Origin: a virus
Taxonomy: Duplodnaviria > Caudoviricetes
IMG/VR virus record: IMGVR_UViG_3300037797_000133
Coordinates: 1 to 64,000 of that record
Length of the DNA: 64,000 nucleotides
Reading direction: 5' to 3' (one strand)
Under the pieces are notes generated by a model. It did no database searches. It saw nothing but the letters and a program-made list of their open reading frames with translations, and was not told the origin of the DNA. Numbering within the stretch: position 1 is the first letter of the stretch; each line of letters opens with the position of its first letter. The position numbers and the translations under genes were made by a program. Shown piece by piece: positions 53,683 through 62,732 of this stretch.

Positions 53683-54360
53683 GTGATCGACGTGCCTGAG
53701 CGTACGTGTTCTGTCGACGGCTGTGCTCAGCCGCACAAGGCCCGTGGCTACTGCTCGAAGCACTACCAGCGGTTCACGAAGTTCGGCGACCCGCTGAAGG
53801 TCGGCTACACCCAGAGTCCGCCCCAGTGCATCGTCGACGGCTGCGCCGGCGTAGTCCTTGCCCGCGGCTGGTGTCGCAGGCACTACTACCGCTGGAGCAC
53901 CCATGGGGATCCGCTCGCAGGCAGAGCGTTCGCGCGGCCCCACCCGGAACGGTGCACGGTCGACGGCTGTGAGAAGCCTCACTTCTGTCAGGACTTCTGC
54001 TCGGGCCACTACGCCCGTTGGAAGAAGCACGGCGACCCCAACTACGTCCCGTTCAGCGCTTGGGCGGAGCAGCGCTTCTGGCCGCAGGTGGACAAGTCCG
54101 GGCCGCCATCGAGGTACAGGCCAGACCTTGGCCCGTGTTGGCTGTGGCTCGGTCCACTCAACCGTCACGGATATGGCATCTACAGCAACAAGCGCACGCA
54201 CCGCATCGCCTACGAGCTTCTCGTCGGTGCCGTGCCGCGGGGCCTTGAGCTGGACCACCTGTGCCGTGTGCGCAACTGCTGCAACCCGGCACACCTCGAA
54301 GCCGTCACCCACCAGGTGAACGCCAAGCGCGGGGCCGAGGCCAGGGCCGCCGGCTACTAG
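53683..54360 (+). CDS. HNH endonuclease with three N-terminal zinc-finger repeats
   Basis: CxVDGC...CxxHYxR x3; CWLW; LDHLCRVRNCCNPAHLE. Confidence 0.88.
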   Translation: MIDVPERTCSVDGCAQPHKARGYCSKHYQRFTKFGDPLKVGYTQSPPQCIVDGCAGVVLARGWCRRHYYRWSTHGDPLAGRAFARPHPERCTVDGCEKPHFCQDFCSGHYARWKKHGDPNYVPFSAWAEQRFWPQVDKSGPPSRYRPDLGPCWLWLGPLNRHGYGIYSNKRTHRIAYELLVGAVPRGLELDHLCRVRNCCNPAHLEAVTHQVNAKRGAEARAAGY

Positions 54361-54404
54361 CTGCATCCGCTAGCCAGGACGAGGAGGGGCCACGGTCGCA
54401 CGCC

Positions 54405-54620
54405 GTGGCCCCTCCTGTCGCGCCATCCCTCCTCGACCGGGCGCAGGCTGCCCTGCATCGTGTCGTCCACTACCGGTCGACGTACTGCCTCCACCGCTTG
54501 CACGACGACTGCCGGCTCACCTGCGTGATCTGCAACGGGCCGTGCTGGTGCTGGTGTCACCGCACCGAGCGGCGCCGGTTGCAGTGGGACGCCTGGCTGC
54601 GCTCCTTCGGACGCCGGTGA
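54405..54620 (+). CDS. Small Cys/His-rich protein
   Basis: GAGGAGG RBS; CVICNGPCWCWCH. Confidence 0.5.
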   Translation: MAPPVAPSLLDRAQAALHRVVHYRSTYCLHRLHDDCRLTCVICNGPCWCWCHRTERRRLQWDAWLRSFGRR

Positions 54621-55240
54621 CCCCGTACTACGACGAGGACGGGATCACCATCTTCCACGGGGATTGCCGGGAGGTGGACGCCTGGCTGTCCGCTGACGTG
54701 CTGGCCACCGATCCGCCGTACGGCATCGCCTTCAAGAGCGGGTGGACAGGAAGCGCGATCGCCAACGATGAAACGCTGGCCGCGCGTGACGCCGTCCTCG
54801 CTGCTTGGGGTGATCGGCCGTCGCTCGTCTTCGGTTCGCCGGGGCGAGCAGAGCCGCAGGGGGTGGTCGGGCGCCTCGTGTGGCACCGCCCTGGCTCAGG
54901 CATGGGCGACTTGTCGCTGCCATGGAAGCCCGACTGGGAGATCGTCTACGTGCTCGGGTCGGGCTTCGTCGGCACCCGCCGCGGGAGCGCCGTCCTGACC
55001 TACCCATGGGACGTCTTCCGGGGTAGCGCTCTCCATCCCCACCAGAAGCCCCTCGGGCTCATGCGCGACCTGCTCGCCAAGTGCCCCCCGGGAGCGATCG
55101 CCGACCCGTTCATGGGTTCGGGCTCGACGCTCCGCGCGGCGAAGGACCTCGGCCGCCGGGCCATAGGCGTTGAGCTGGACGAGCGGTACTGCGAGGTTGC
55201 CGCCAAGCGTCTCGCCCAGGGCGTGCTCGCCTTCGGATGA
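54617..55240 (+). CDS. N6A/N4C DNA methyltransferase (beta class)
   Basis: TDPPYG, HPHQKP, DPFMGSGST, GVELDERY. Confidence 0.9.
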   Translation: MTPYYDEDGITIFHGDCREVDAWLSADVLATDPPYGIAFKSGWTGSAIANDETLAARDAVLAAWGDRPSLVFGSPGRAEPQGVVGRLVWHRPGSGMGDLSLPWKPDWEIVYVLGSGFVGTRRGSAVLTYPWDVFRGSALHPHQKPLGLMRDLLAKCPPGAIADPFMGSGSTLRAAKDLGRRAIGVELDERYCEVAAKRLAQGVLAFG

Positions 55241-55495
55241 CGGCGTGCGTCCCCGAGACCGGCTGAGGCTCCGCTGGCTGGTGTGGCGCCGCCGGCTCCC
55301 CGGCCGCAGCGTCGTCGTCGCCTGGCGTTGGCGCCGCTTTCGCCGGGGCCCGTGGTGGCACGGACGTAGCTGACCTGCACTGCATCCCCCGGGGCACCTG
55401 GGTGTCCACGGACCATCGCTACTGACCGGCAGTCGTAGGGCTGTCGGGCGGACACCCCGATCCGTCAACGGGGGAGCGAGACCCACGGAGGACCG

Positions 55496-56218
55496 ATGCC
55501 CGAGAACGAGACCGCCACCAGCACCGAGACCACCGCCCCGAGCGGGGACAACGGCGCGCCCAGCGGCAGCGAAGGCACGAGCCCCACCAACGTCACCGTC
55601 AACGCACCGGCCCCGCAGACCGAGGCCGAGGCGAAGTTCACGCAGGCGGACCTCGACAAGCACGCCGGCCGACGGGCCAACGAAGCGAAGCGAGCCCGCG
55701 ACAAAGAGATCGCCGACGCCCTCGGCGTCCCGATCGACAAGGCCAGGGAGATCATCGCCGAGCGGCAGGCGGCCGAAGAGGCCGCCAAGTCCGAGGCCGA
55801 CAAGCTCCGCGACCAGCTCGCCGCCGTCGAACGCGAGCGGGACACAGCGACCGCCGCAGCGGCCCAGGAGCGGTTCCAGTCCCGGATGCGTTCCCGGCTC
55901 GCCAACGACGGCGTGCCCCCCAAGTCGCTCGACCGGGCCCTGAAGATGGTCGACCTTCCCGTCGACGCCAGCGACGACGACATCGCCGCCGAGGTCGAGT
56001 CCCTCCGCGACGCCGTGCCCGGCCTGTTCGCCCCGCCCGCCGGAGAGCCGGCCCGGCCCCCCGCCCCGTCCGGTGTCACCGCCGCCGCCGTTCCCCCGGC
56101 CGGCGGTCACGCCCCGCAGTCCCTGCTCGAGAAGGGCGCCGCCGCAGCAAGGGCGCGGTTCCCCCAGAACGACCCCGACCGCGACCCCTTCCAACGGCTC
56201 ACCGGCCGTCGCTCCTAG
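55496..56218 (+). CDS. Capsid scaffolding protein
   Basis: FTQADLD, KSEADK, coiled coil; precedes head genes. Confidence 0.8.
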   Translation: MPENETATSTETTAPSGDNGAPSGSEGTSPTNVTVNAPAPQTEAEAKFTQADLDKHAGRRANEAKRARDKEIADALGVPIDKAREIIAERQAAEEAAKSEADKLRDQLAAVERERDTATAAAAQERFQSRMRSRLANDGVPPKSLDRALKMVDLPVDASDDDIAAEVESLRDAVPGLFAPPAGEPARPPAPSGVTAAAVPPAGGHAPQSLLEKGAAAARARFPQNDPDRDPFQRLTGRRS

Positions 56219-56233
56219 AGGAGATCCAACTCC

Positions 56234-56971
56234 ATGCCCCAGCTGACCCCGGCGGAGAACGCCAACCTCGTCCAGGACGACGGACGGTGGCGCGGCGACA
56301 CCGGCAACCCGGTGTACCCGAACGAGACGATCGCCCTCGACAAGTCGGCCTTCACCGGCACCTGGACCAACGGGTTCATCCCGTCGGGTGTCGCCCTCGC
56401 CCAGCTGACGGCCACGAAGCTGTACGTCCCGTACGGCGGCAACGCCTCCGAGGTGCAGAGCCTCATCGCGACGGGCGCCTCGGCCGGCACGTTCACCCTC
56501 ACCTTCGACGGTGAGACCACCGCCGCGATCGCCTGGAACGCCAACGCCGCCGCCGTCCAGTCGGCGCTCGAAGCGCTGTCCAGCGTGAACCCCGGCGACA
56601 TCACGGCCGCTGGCGGCCCGCTGCCCGGCACCGCTGTGACGCTCACGTTCGGCGGCCAGTACGGCGGCACGAACGTCCCGGCGATCACCGGCAACTCCGG
56701 TTCGCTGACCGGTGGCACCGCCACCATCACGACGCCGACCGCCGGCGGTTCCGCCTCGTCGGACGGCTCGCAGACCTTCGCCGGTCTCCTCTACGCCCCC
56801 GTCGCCTACGGGCTCGGCAACGCCGCAGGCGACGACCTGCTCGGCGCCCTGTTCGTCGGCGGCACCGTCTTCCAGGAGTTCCTCCCCGTGCAGGTGGCCG
56901 GGCCGGGCTTCGTCGATGCCGACGCCGTGGCCGATGCCCGGCACATCCGCTTCATCCCGAAGCCGGTCTGA
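56234..56971 (+). CDS. Head decoration protein with inserted beta-rich domain
   Basis: NGFIPSGVAL...GLLY; insert EVQSL...GTFTLTFDGETT...AVQSALEAL. Confidence 0.7.
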   Translation: MPQLTPAENANLVQDDGRWRGDTGNPVYPNETIALDKSAFTGTWTNGFIPSGVALAQLTATKLYVPYGGNASEVQSLIATGASAGTFTLTFDGETTAAIAWNANAAAVQSALEALSSVNPGDITAAGGPLPGTAVTLTFGGQYGGTNVPAITGNSGSLTGGTATITTPTAGGSASSDGSQTFAGLLYAPVAYGLGNAAGDDLLGALFVGGTVFQEFLPVQVAGPGFVDADAVADARHIRFIPKPV

Positions 56972-57008
56972 CCCAACCCGTCTGACGGACTGAATCAAGG
57001 AGCCCTGA

Positions 57009-58082
57009 GTGGCCGAGTACATCTACGACATCGTCGACCCGGTCGAGCTGACGGGGTACGTCCGCACGGCCACCGAGGACGCCTTCCCGTTCGCGGACCT
57101 GCTGCCGATCCTGCCGACGACCGACATCGAATACGAGCTGACCCAGCTCGACCACCGTGGCGGCCCTGTCGCCCGGTACCGCGGCTGGGACGTCCCGGCG
57201 CAGCTCGGCCGCCGGCCCGGCGTGTCGACGATCACCGGTGAGATCCCGCCGCTGAGCCTGGCCTACGACCTCCGTGAGAAGGAGATCAACCAGGTCAACG
57301 CCCTGCGGACGGGTCTCGGTGACCGATACGACCAGCGGGTCGTCGACAAGATCCTCGACGACGCCGTCAACGCCGCTCTCGGCGTGATGAACCGGCTGTC
57401 GTGGGCGTGCGCCGAGCTGCTCACCACCGCACAGGTGACGCTCACCGACGCCACCCCCGGCGTGTCGGCCGGCAACGCCGTGAAGGCCAAGTTCGCGACG
57501 CCGCCCGCGCAGCTCGCCGTCGCCCCCCTCGGCGCCCTCTGGTCGAACCACTCGACCTCGGTGCCGCTCGACGACCTCCTCGCCTGGGAGACCGCTTTCG
57601 CCGACAACAACGGCGGGCTGCCCCCCGACGCGTGGATCATGTCGAAGAAGACGCGCAGCCACCTGGCCCAGAACACCCAGGTCCGGGCCCAGATGCTGTC
57701 GGCCCCCGCTGGCTACGTCGCCACCCCGAACGACCTGTCGGCGGTCATGGACCAGTACGGCATCTCCGGCCGGCTCGTCGTCTCCGACATCCGCCTGCCG
57801 CTGATGACCGACGACACGGCGTCGGGCCGGGCGATCCCGGAGAACTACGTGATCGCTGTCCGTTCAGCTGCCCTCGGCAACACGCTGATGGCTCCGAGCT
57901 CGAACGCGACGACGCTCGCCGCTGGCGCCCCGGCCCGGTCGGTGCTGGCCTCGCAGCCGGGCATCACCGCCTTCCAGGTCGCCGATGTGAACCCGGCGAA
58001 GATCACGACTGTCGCCGACGCCGTGGCGCTCCCGGTCCTCCGGGATCCGAACGCCCTGTTCGTCGCGATCCCGCACGCCTGA
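57009..58082 (+). CDS. Major capsid protein (capsid E-like)
   Basis: 357 aa after decoration gene; ARYRGWDV, GEIPPLS, ALPVL. Confidence 0.82.
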   Translation: MAEYIYDIVDPVELTGYVRTATEDAFPFADLLPILPTTDIEYELTQLDHRGGPVARYRGWDVPAQLGRRPGVSTITGEIPPLSLAYDLREKEINQVNALRTGLGDRYDQRVVDKILDDAVNAALGVMNRLSWACAELLTTAQVTLTDATPGVSAGNAVKAKFATPPAQLAVAPLGALWSNHSTSVPLDDLLAWETAFADNNGGLPPDAWIMSKKTRSHLAQNTQVRAQMLSAPAGYVATPNDLSAVMDQYGISGRLVVSDIRLPLMTDDTASGRAIPENYVIAVRSAALGNTLMAPSSNATTLAAGAPARSVLASQPGITAFQVADVNPAKITTVADAVALPVLRDPNALFVAIPHA

Positions 58083-58333
58083 TGGGCCGGATCCTGGCGA
58101 GTTCGGTGCACCTGTTCGACGGCCGCTCCTTCGCGGCCGGTGACGAGGTGCCCGACGACGTGGCAGAGCAGATCACCAACCCCGCTGTGTGGGTCGATGG
58201 CGACACGGACGAGGTGTCGCCCGGGGCGGCCCACGAGGACTCTGACGGGTCCGACGCGGCCGAGCAGCCGGCGGGTGACGGGTCCCGGTCCCGTCCCCGC
58301 CGAGCCTCGGCGAAGAAGCCAGACAGGGAGTAG
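58082..58333 (+). CDS. Small head-associated protein
   Basis: GDEVPDDVAEQITNPAVW after capsid gene. Confidence 0.6.
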   Translation: MGRILASSVHLFDGRSFAAGDEVPDDVAEQITNPAVWVDGDTDEVSPGAAHEDSDGSDAAEQPAGDGSRSRPRRASAKKPDRE

Positions 58334-58336
58334 CCG

Positions 58337-58663
58337 GTGGCCGAGTTCACCCCGCAGATCGAAGGCGAGCTGCGGGCGTGGACCGGCAGCCTGCCGGATC
58401 GTGAGGAGCTGGAGGAACGCTGGCGTCTGGCGGGCGAGTCCGTCTACCGGGCGGCGCTGGCGATCCTCCGGGAACGCCGTGCTGACCTCCTCGCCTCGCC
58501 GGCACGCTGGGCGGTAGAAGGCGACTACTCGCAAGACAGCAGCGGCAACCTCGCTCAGCTGAACGCCCAGATCGCCCAGCTCGAGACCCTCGCAGAGGAC
58601 CCGGCTGCCACGTCGAGCGCACTGACCGTCTCGTACATGGTGCGGGACCGTTGCGGCCGCTAG
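58337..58663 (+). CDS. Head-tail adaptor-like protein
   Basis: Position and size. Confidence 0.5.
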   Translation: MAEFTPQIEGELRAWTGSLPDREELEERWRLAGESVYRAALAILRERRADLLASPARWAVEGDYSQDSSGNLAQLNAQIAQLETLAEDPAATSSALTVSYMVRDRCGR

Positions 58664-58670
58664 GAGACCT

Positions 58671-60236
58671 GTGGGCACGGTGAACCTGAAGCCGGGCCGT
58701 CTCGACATCGAGTCGGACCCCCGCAACGCGCACGCCTTCCACCTCGTGTGGCCCGTCGACCTGTCGGGTCGCACGTTCGCCGCGCGCCTCGACGACGACG
58801 CCGCGGTGCCGTGGGTCGTAACGGTCGACGACGAGATGATGACCGTCGCCATCCCCGCCGGTCTCGGGACCGACACCCGGAACTGGCGGCTTACCGAAGG
58901 CGACCAGGTGGTCTTCGTGGGCCGGTGGACCCCGTCGACGTCGGGCACGGTGTCGCCGTCGGGGACGGTGGTCGTGTCGATGGCGGACGCGACGGTGACG
59001 GTCGTGGCCACGGGCCCACCCGGCCCGCCGGGCGCCGACGGTTCACCGGGCGCCGATGGCGAGGACGGCCTGCCGGGCGAGGACGGCCCGCCTGGTGTGG
59101 TCGCCGCCACGGCCCCGGCGACGTACAACGCCGGCACGCAGACGATCGGCGTCGCGGTCGGCACCACCGCGGGCACGGTCGCCGCAGGGGATGACCCCCG
59201 CTTCGCCGGTGGTGGCGGTGGGGGAGCGGTCGACTCGGTCAACGGTCAGACCGGCGTCGTCGTCCTCACCGCCGCGAGCGTCGGGGCAGCGACTGTCGCC
59301 CAGGCCGCGGGCCTCGTCGATGCCCTCGACGACGAGCTGGCCACCGTCGCCAAGTCGGGCGCCTACGGGGACCTCACCGGGACGCCGACGATCCCGGACT
59401 CCCCGGACGACATCGGCGCCGAGGTGGCCGGTGCCGCCGCCACGGTCGATGACCGGGTCGACGGGGTGGTCGCCGATCTCGTCACGCAGACCGGCCGCAT
59501 CGATTCGGTGGTCAGCACCAACGACGTCCAGGCCGGGCAGCTCACCTCGCTCGCTGGCCTCGTGGTCGACCTCCAGGGCGCCGACACCGCCATCGACGGG
59601 CGCCTCGATGTGGTTGAGGCGGACCTACCTGGCAAGGCGGACACGTCGTCGCTCGCCACCGTCGCCACCTCCGGCGCGTACGCGGACCTGTCCGGCCGAC
59701 CCGACATCGCCGCCTACCTGGTGCCCCGCACCGGCTACAGCAGCGGCGAGTGGACGTCGTGCGCCGGCGTAGCAACGTCCTCGTCGCTCGTCTCGTACGC
59801 GCCGAACGTGCTGCGGTTCGCCCCGTTCCGGCCCATCGTGGACATGACCGCGGACCGGATGCGGTTCTACGTGGCCGCCGCGGCCAACGTCCGGGCCGGG
59901 ATCTACGCCAGCGACGGCACCAACGGCGCGCCCGGCACCCGACTCGTCGACGCCGGAGTCGCAGCGGTCGCCGTGGCGGGAGATCAGACGTTGACGATCT
60001 CGCTGGCGATGACCGCCGGGACCCTCTACTGGCTCGTCGTTCAGAACGACGTGACGGTCAACATGCGGTCCCACCCGGAGGCGTCCATGCCGGTGCTCGA
60101 ACCGAACGCCCCGTCCGTGGCGACCAACACGGTGACGTGGACCGCCAACCAGTTCTACGTCAACGGCCTGCCGTCCCCGGCGCCGACGCTCATCAAGTCC
60201 ACGCTCGTCCCTGCCGTCCAGTTGAGGGTCGCCTGA
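58671..60236 (+). CDS. Collagen-containing fibre/minor virion protein
   Basis: BppU-like N-terminus, GPPGPPGADGSPGADG, VDSVNGQTG, repeated LATVA.SGAY.DL.G.P. Confidence 0.7.
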   Translation: MGTVNLKPGRLDIESDPRNAHAFHLVWPVDLSGRTFAARLDDDAAVPWVVTVDDEMMTVAIPAGLGTDTRNWRLTEGDQVVFVGRWTPSTSGTVSPSGTVVVSMADATVTVVATGPPGPPGADGSPGADGEDGLPGEDGPPGVVAATAPATYNAGTQTIGVAVGTTAGTVAAGDDPRFAGGGGGGAVDSVNGQTGVVVLTAASVGAATVAQAAGLVDALDDELATVAKSGAYGDLTGTPTIPDSPDDIGAEVAGAAATVDDRVDGVVADLVTQTGRIDSVVSTNDVQAGQLTSLAGLVVDLQGADTAIDGRLDVVEADLPGKADTSSLATVATSGAYADLSGRPDIAAYLVPRTGYSSGEWTSCAGVATSSSLVSYAPNVLRFAPFRPIVDMTADRMRFYVAAAANVRAGIYASDGTNGAPGTRLVDAGVAAVAVAGDQTLTISLAMTAGTLYWLVVQNDVTVNMRSHPEASMPVLEPNAPSVATNTVTWTANQFYVNGLPSPAPTLIKSTLVPAVQLRVA

Positions 60237-60508
60237 TGCCGCCCATCCTCCGAACCGACCGCAACCAGGAGTTCGGCCCCGACGGGAAGCTGGTCTCCTC
60301 CGAGACCGTCGAGGTCGACGTCACCGCCGAGGTGAACGCGGCGACCTTGCACGGCGCGGCGACCGCTGCCCTGGCCAACAACCGCACGTTCCTCGCCATC
60401 CAGGGCGCCCCGACGAACGCCCAGGTCGTCGCCCAGGTGCGGGCGTTGACCCGCCAGAACCAGGCGCTGATACGGCTCGTGCTCGGCCTGCTCGACGAGA
60501 CCGACTGA
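60236..60508 (+). CDS. Small fibre-associated protein
   Basis: Coupled to fibre gene. Confidence 0.55.
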   Translation: MPPILRTDRNQEFGPDGKLVSSETVEVDVTAEVNAATLHGAATAALANNRTFLAIQGAPTNAQVVAQVRALTRQNQALIRLVLGLLDETD

Positions 60509-60515
60509 GGCCGCC

Positions 60516-60824
60516 GTGACAGCGCAGCGCATCCTCATCGACTCGCGGCCAGGGTGCGTCGACCACCTGTTCCGCCCCGGCTCGAGCTTCACCGTCACGT
60601 TCCGCTTCACCGCAGGCGAGACCACCGGCCACACCTACACGTCGGTCCTCGGCGGGCAGATCCTCGACGTCGACCTCGACGACGACACCGTCACCGTGTC
60701 CGCGACAGCGGAGCAGACCGCCGATGTCGGCGGGCCGACGGCGTGGCGGCTGCTCGAAGACGACGAGGAGCTGCTGATCGGCACCTGGTCGCCGTCGAAC
60801 TCGCCGCGGGGTTCGGCCCGGTGA
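60516..60824 (+). CDS. BppU-like domain protein
   Basis: Resembles N-terminus of 58671 protein (WRL.E.D....G.W.PS). Confidence 0.55.
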   Translation: MTAQRILIDSRPGCVDHLFRPGSSFTVTFRFTAGETTGHTYTSVLGGQILDVDLDDDTVTVSATAEQTADVGGPTAWRLLEDDEELLIGTWSPSNSPRGSAR

Positions 60825-60976
60825 CGGCGTGCCGTGAGGTGATCGTCTCGACCCGGTCCCCGGTCGTCACGGTGACCACCCGGGCGCCGGTCGTCGAGGT
60901 GAAGACGAGCGGCGGCAGGGGCCCGAAGGGCGACCCGGGAGACTCGGCCGAGTTCATCGACGGTGGCGGCCCGTGA
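60821..60976 (+). CDS. Short collagen-motif peptide
   Basis: GGRGPKGDPG...IDGGGP. Confidence 0.45.
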   Translation: MTACREVIVSTRSPVVTVTTRAPVVEVKTSGGRGPKGDPGDSAEFIDGGGP

Positions 60977-62730
60977 CCCGGATGCGGCAACGGCGCGGCA
61001 CCGCCGCCCAGTGGACGACAGCGAACCCGGTACTCGCCGACGGCGAACTCGGCGTCGAGTCCGACACCGGCAACGTGAAGGTCGGCGACGGCGCCACCGC
61101 CTGGACCGGACTGCGCTACTCGGCGTCACCAGATGCTGTGGAGGCGGTCGACGGTCTCGGTGTCCGCGTCGACGACGTCGAAGGCAGCCTGGCCGGCACA
61201 GCGACGGTGGCGGCGCTCACTGCGGAGTCGTCGGCACGTGAGGCGGCGGATACGGCGCTGGACGGCCGTGTGGATGCCTTGGAGGCGTTCGAGCCTGCGA
61301 TAGCGACGCTCACTGACCCGATCGTCGTCCAGTTCGGTGGGTCACCCGGCGCTCTCGCCATCACGTCCGCCTACCACGGCCCGTTCTGGCCGACGGCCAC
61401 GGACCTGCCCAACTTCTCGTGGGAGTTCTGGTCCTGCGCCATCGACGTGAGCATCACCGGCTACCTCATCTCGGAGGGCTACGGCGGCGCCCACGCGGTG
61501 CTGGCCAGCGTGCTCACCGGCATCGGCGGCTCCACCTGGAACGGCACGACGGAGACGTACTTCCAGGGGCGCTACAGCCCCCAGCTCGGCGAGTGGGTGC
61601 ACAGCCGGTTCGGTTGGGATGGCAAGTTCCTGCACGTCTGGATCAACGGCATCCACGTCGGCATGACCCCGTTCACGGGTCCGCGCCGCGCCCAACAGGG
61701 CACCGTCTACATCGGCGGCAGCGACCACTCCAACCTCACTGGCAGGATCGCCATGGTCCGCGCCTACGAGGGCAGCTGCCCCGCCTACGCCGCCGGCAGC
61801 ATCTACGCCGCCTGGGTCCCGTCCCGGGCGTTCATGGCCGTCAAACCGACGGACGTGCAGGGCTCACCCGACGCCCAGTTCTGCGCCCACTACCTCGGCA
61901 TGCCCACCGCCCGCACGATCCCCGACCTGAGCGAGGGCTACGCGGGTGTGCGCCACCACGGCCAGCTGGTCAACACCAGCGGCAACCCCAACCGGGCACC
62001 CGGCCCGTTCTGGGTCACGGACCCGACGGCCCCGTTCAACCTGGCCGCCGAGCCCGCCCGTACGCGGGTGTTCGCCGCTCCGACCAGCGTCCCCGCCGGC
62101 GCCAAGATCTGGGACTCGGTGGGCCGCGAGGACTCCATCCCCGCGTTCGCCTCCAGCTTCGTCGGCGGCGTCCCGCAGACCACCCCCGGTAGCACCGAGG
62201 GCGGCAGCCTCGGCGTCAAGGCCTGGCAGTTCCACAGCGCCGCCAACCGCTGGGGCGTCTTCGACGGGGCGCTCCTCGGCTTCCACACCACCGGCAAAGC
62301 CGGCCTGTACGTCCTCAACGACTCGCCCGACATGGACGTCCGGGTCGACCGCAAGAACGCCGCCGGGTACGACACGCAGCCCCCCGCGACGATCAACCGG
62401 GTCGACCAGGGCCTGATCCTGCGGCGGGTCGACGGTTCCAACTACCTGTTCACCTGGCAGTTCCGCGATCCCGCTGGCAACAACTACGTGCGGCTGTACC
62501 GGTGCGTGGCGGGGGTCGACACGCTCATCGCGACGATCACCCTGCCTAACTACACGTGGACCACTCAGCGGTGGGTGCTCGCCGGCACGACCGTCACCTG
62601 CTACATCGACGGGGTCCAGCGGGGACAGGCCACGGGGGTCACCGACCACCAGGAGGGCCTGGGCGTGGGCCTCTTCCACATGCAGGGCGCCCCGACCTCG
62701 GTCAAGGCCAAGAACTTCGTCGTCTACTGA
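60973..62730 (+). CDS. Fibre/receptor-binding protein (Mtd_N-like N-terminus, LamG-like domain)
   Basis: QRRGTAAQWTTANPVLADGELGVESDTGNVKVGDG; FSWEFW...GEWVH...LHVWING...YIGG. Confidence 0.75.
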   Translation: MTRMRQRRGTAAQWTTANPVLADGELGVESDTGNVKVGDGATAWTGLRYSASPDAVEAVDGLGVRVDDVEGSLAGTATVAALTAESSAREAADTALDGRVDALEAFEPAIATLTDPIVVQFGGSPGALAITSAYHGPFWPTATDLPNFSWEFWSCAIDVSITGYLISEGYGGAHAVLASVLTGIGGSTWNGTTETYFQGRYSPQLGEWVHSRFGWDGKFLHVWINGIHVGMTPFTGPRRAQQGTVYIGGSDHSNLTGRIAMVRAYEGSCPAYAAGSIYAAWVPSRAFMAVKPTDVQGSPDAQFCAHYLGMPTARTIPDLSEGYAGVRHHGQLVNTSGNPNRAPGPFWVTDPTAPFNLAAEPARTRVFAAPTSVPAGAKIWDSVGREDSIPAFASSFVGGVPQTTPGSTEGGSLGVKAWQFHSAANRWGVFDGALLGFHTTGKAGLYVLNDSPDMDVRVDRKNAAGYDTQPPATINRVDQGLILRRVDGSNYLFTWQFRDPAGNNYVRLYRCVAGVDTLIATITLPNYTWTTQRWVLAGTTVTCYIDGVQRGQATGVTDHQEGLGVGLFHMQGAPTSVKAKNFVVY

Positions 62731-62732
62731 CC

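Noticed and set aside
54896-57022. 708-aa minus-strand ORF (also 41671-43287, 16791-18215, 15017-16573, 48853-50199)
   Set aside because: Shadow frames opposite well-supported genes, expected at high GC; no motifs
60973-62730. Diversity-generating retroelement suggested by the Mtd_N-like N-terminus
   Set aside because: No reverse transcriptase and no template/variable repeat pair seen in the window; Mtd_N is a common structural module
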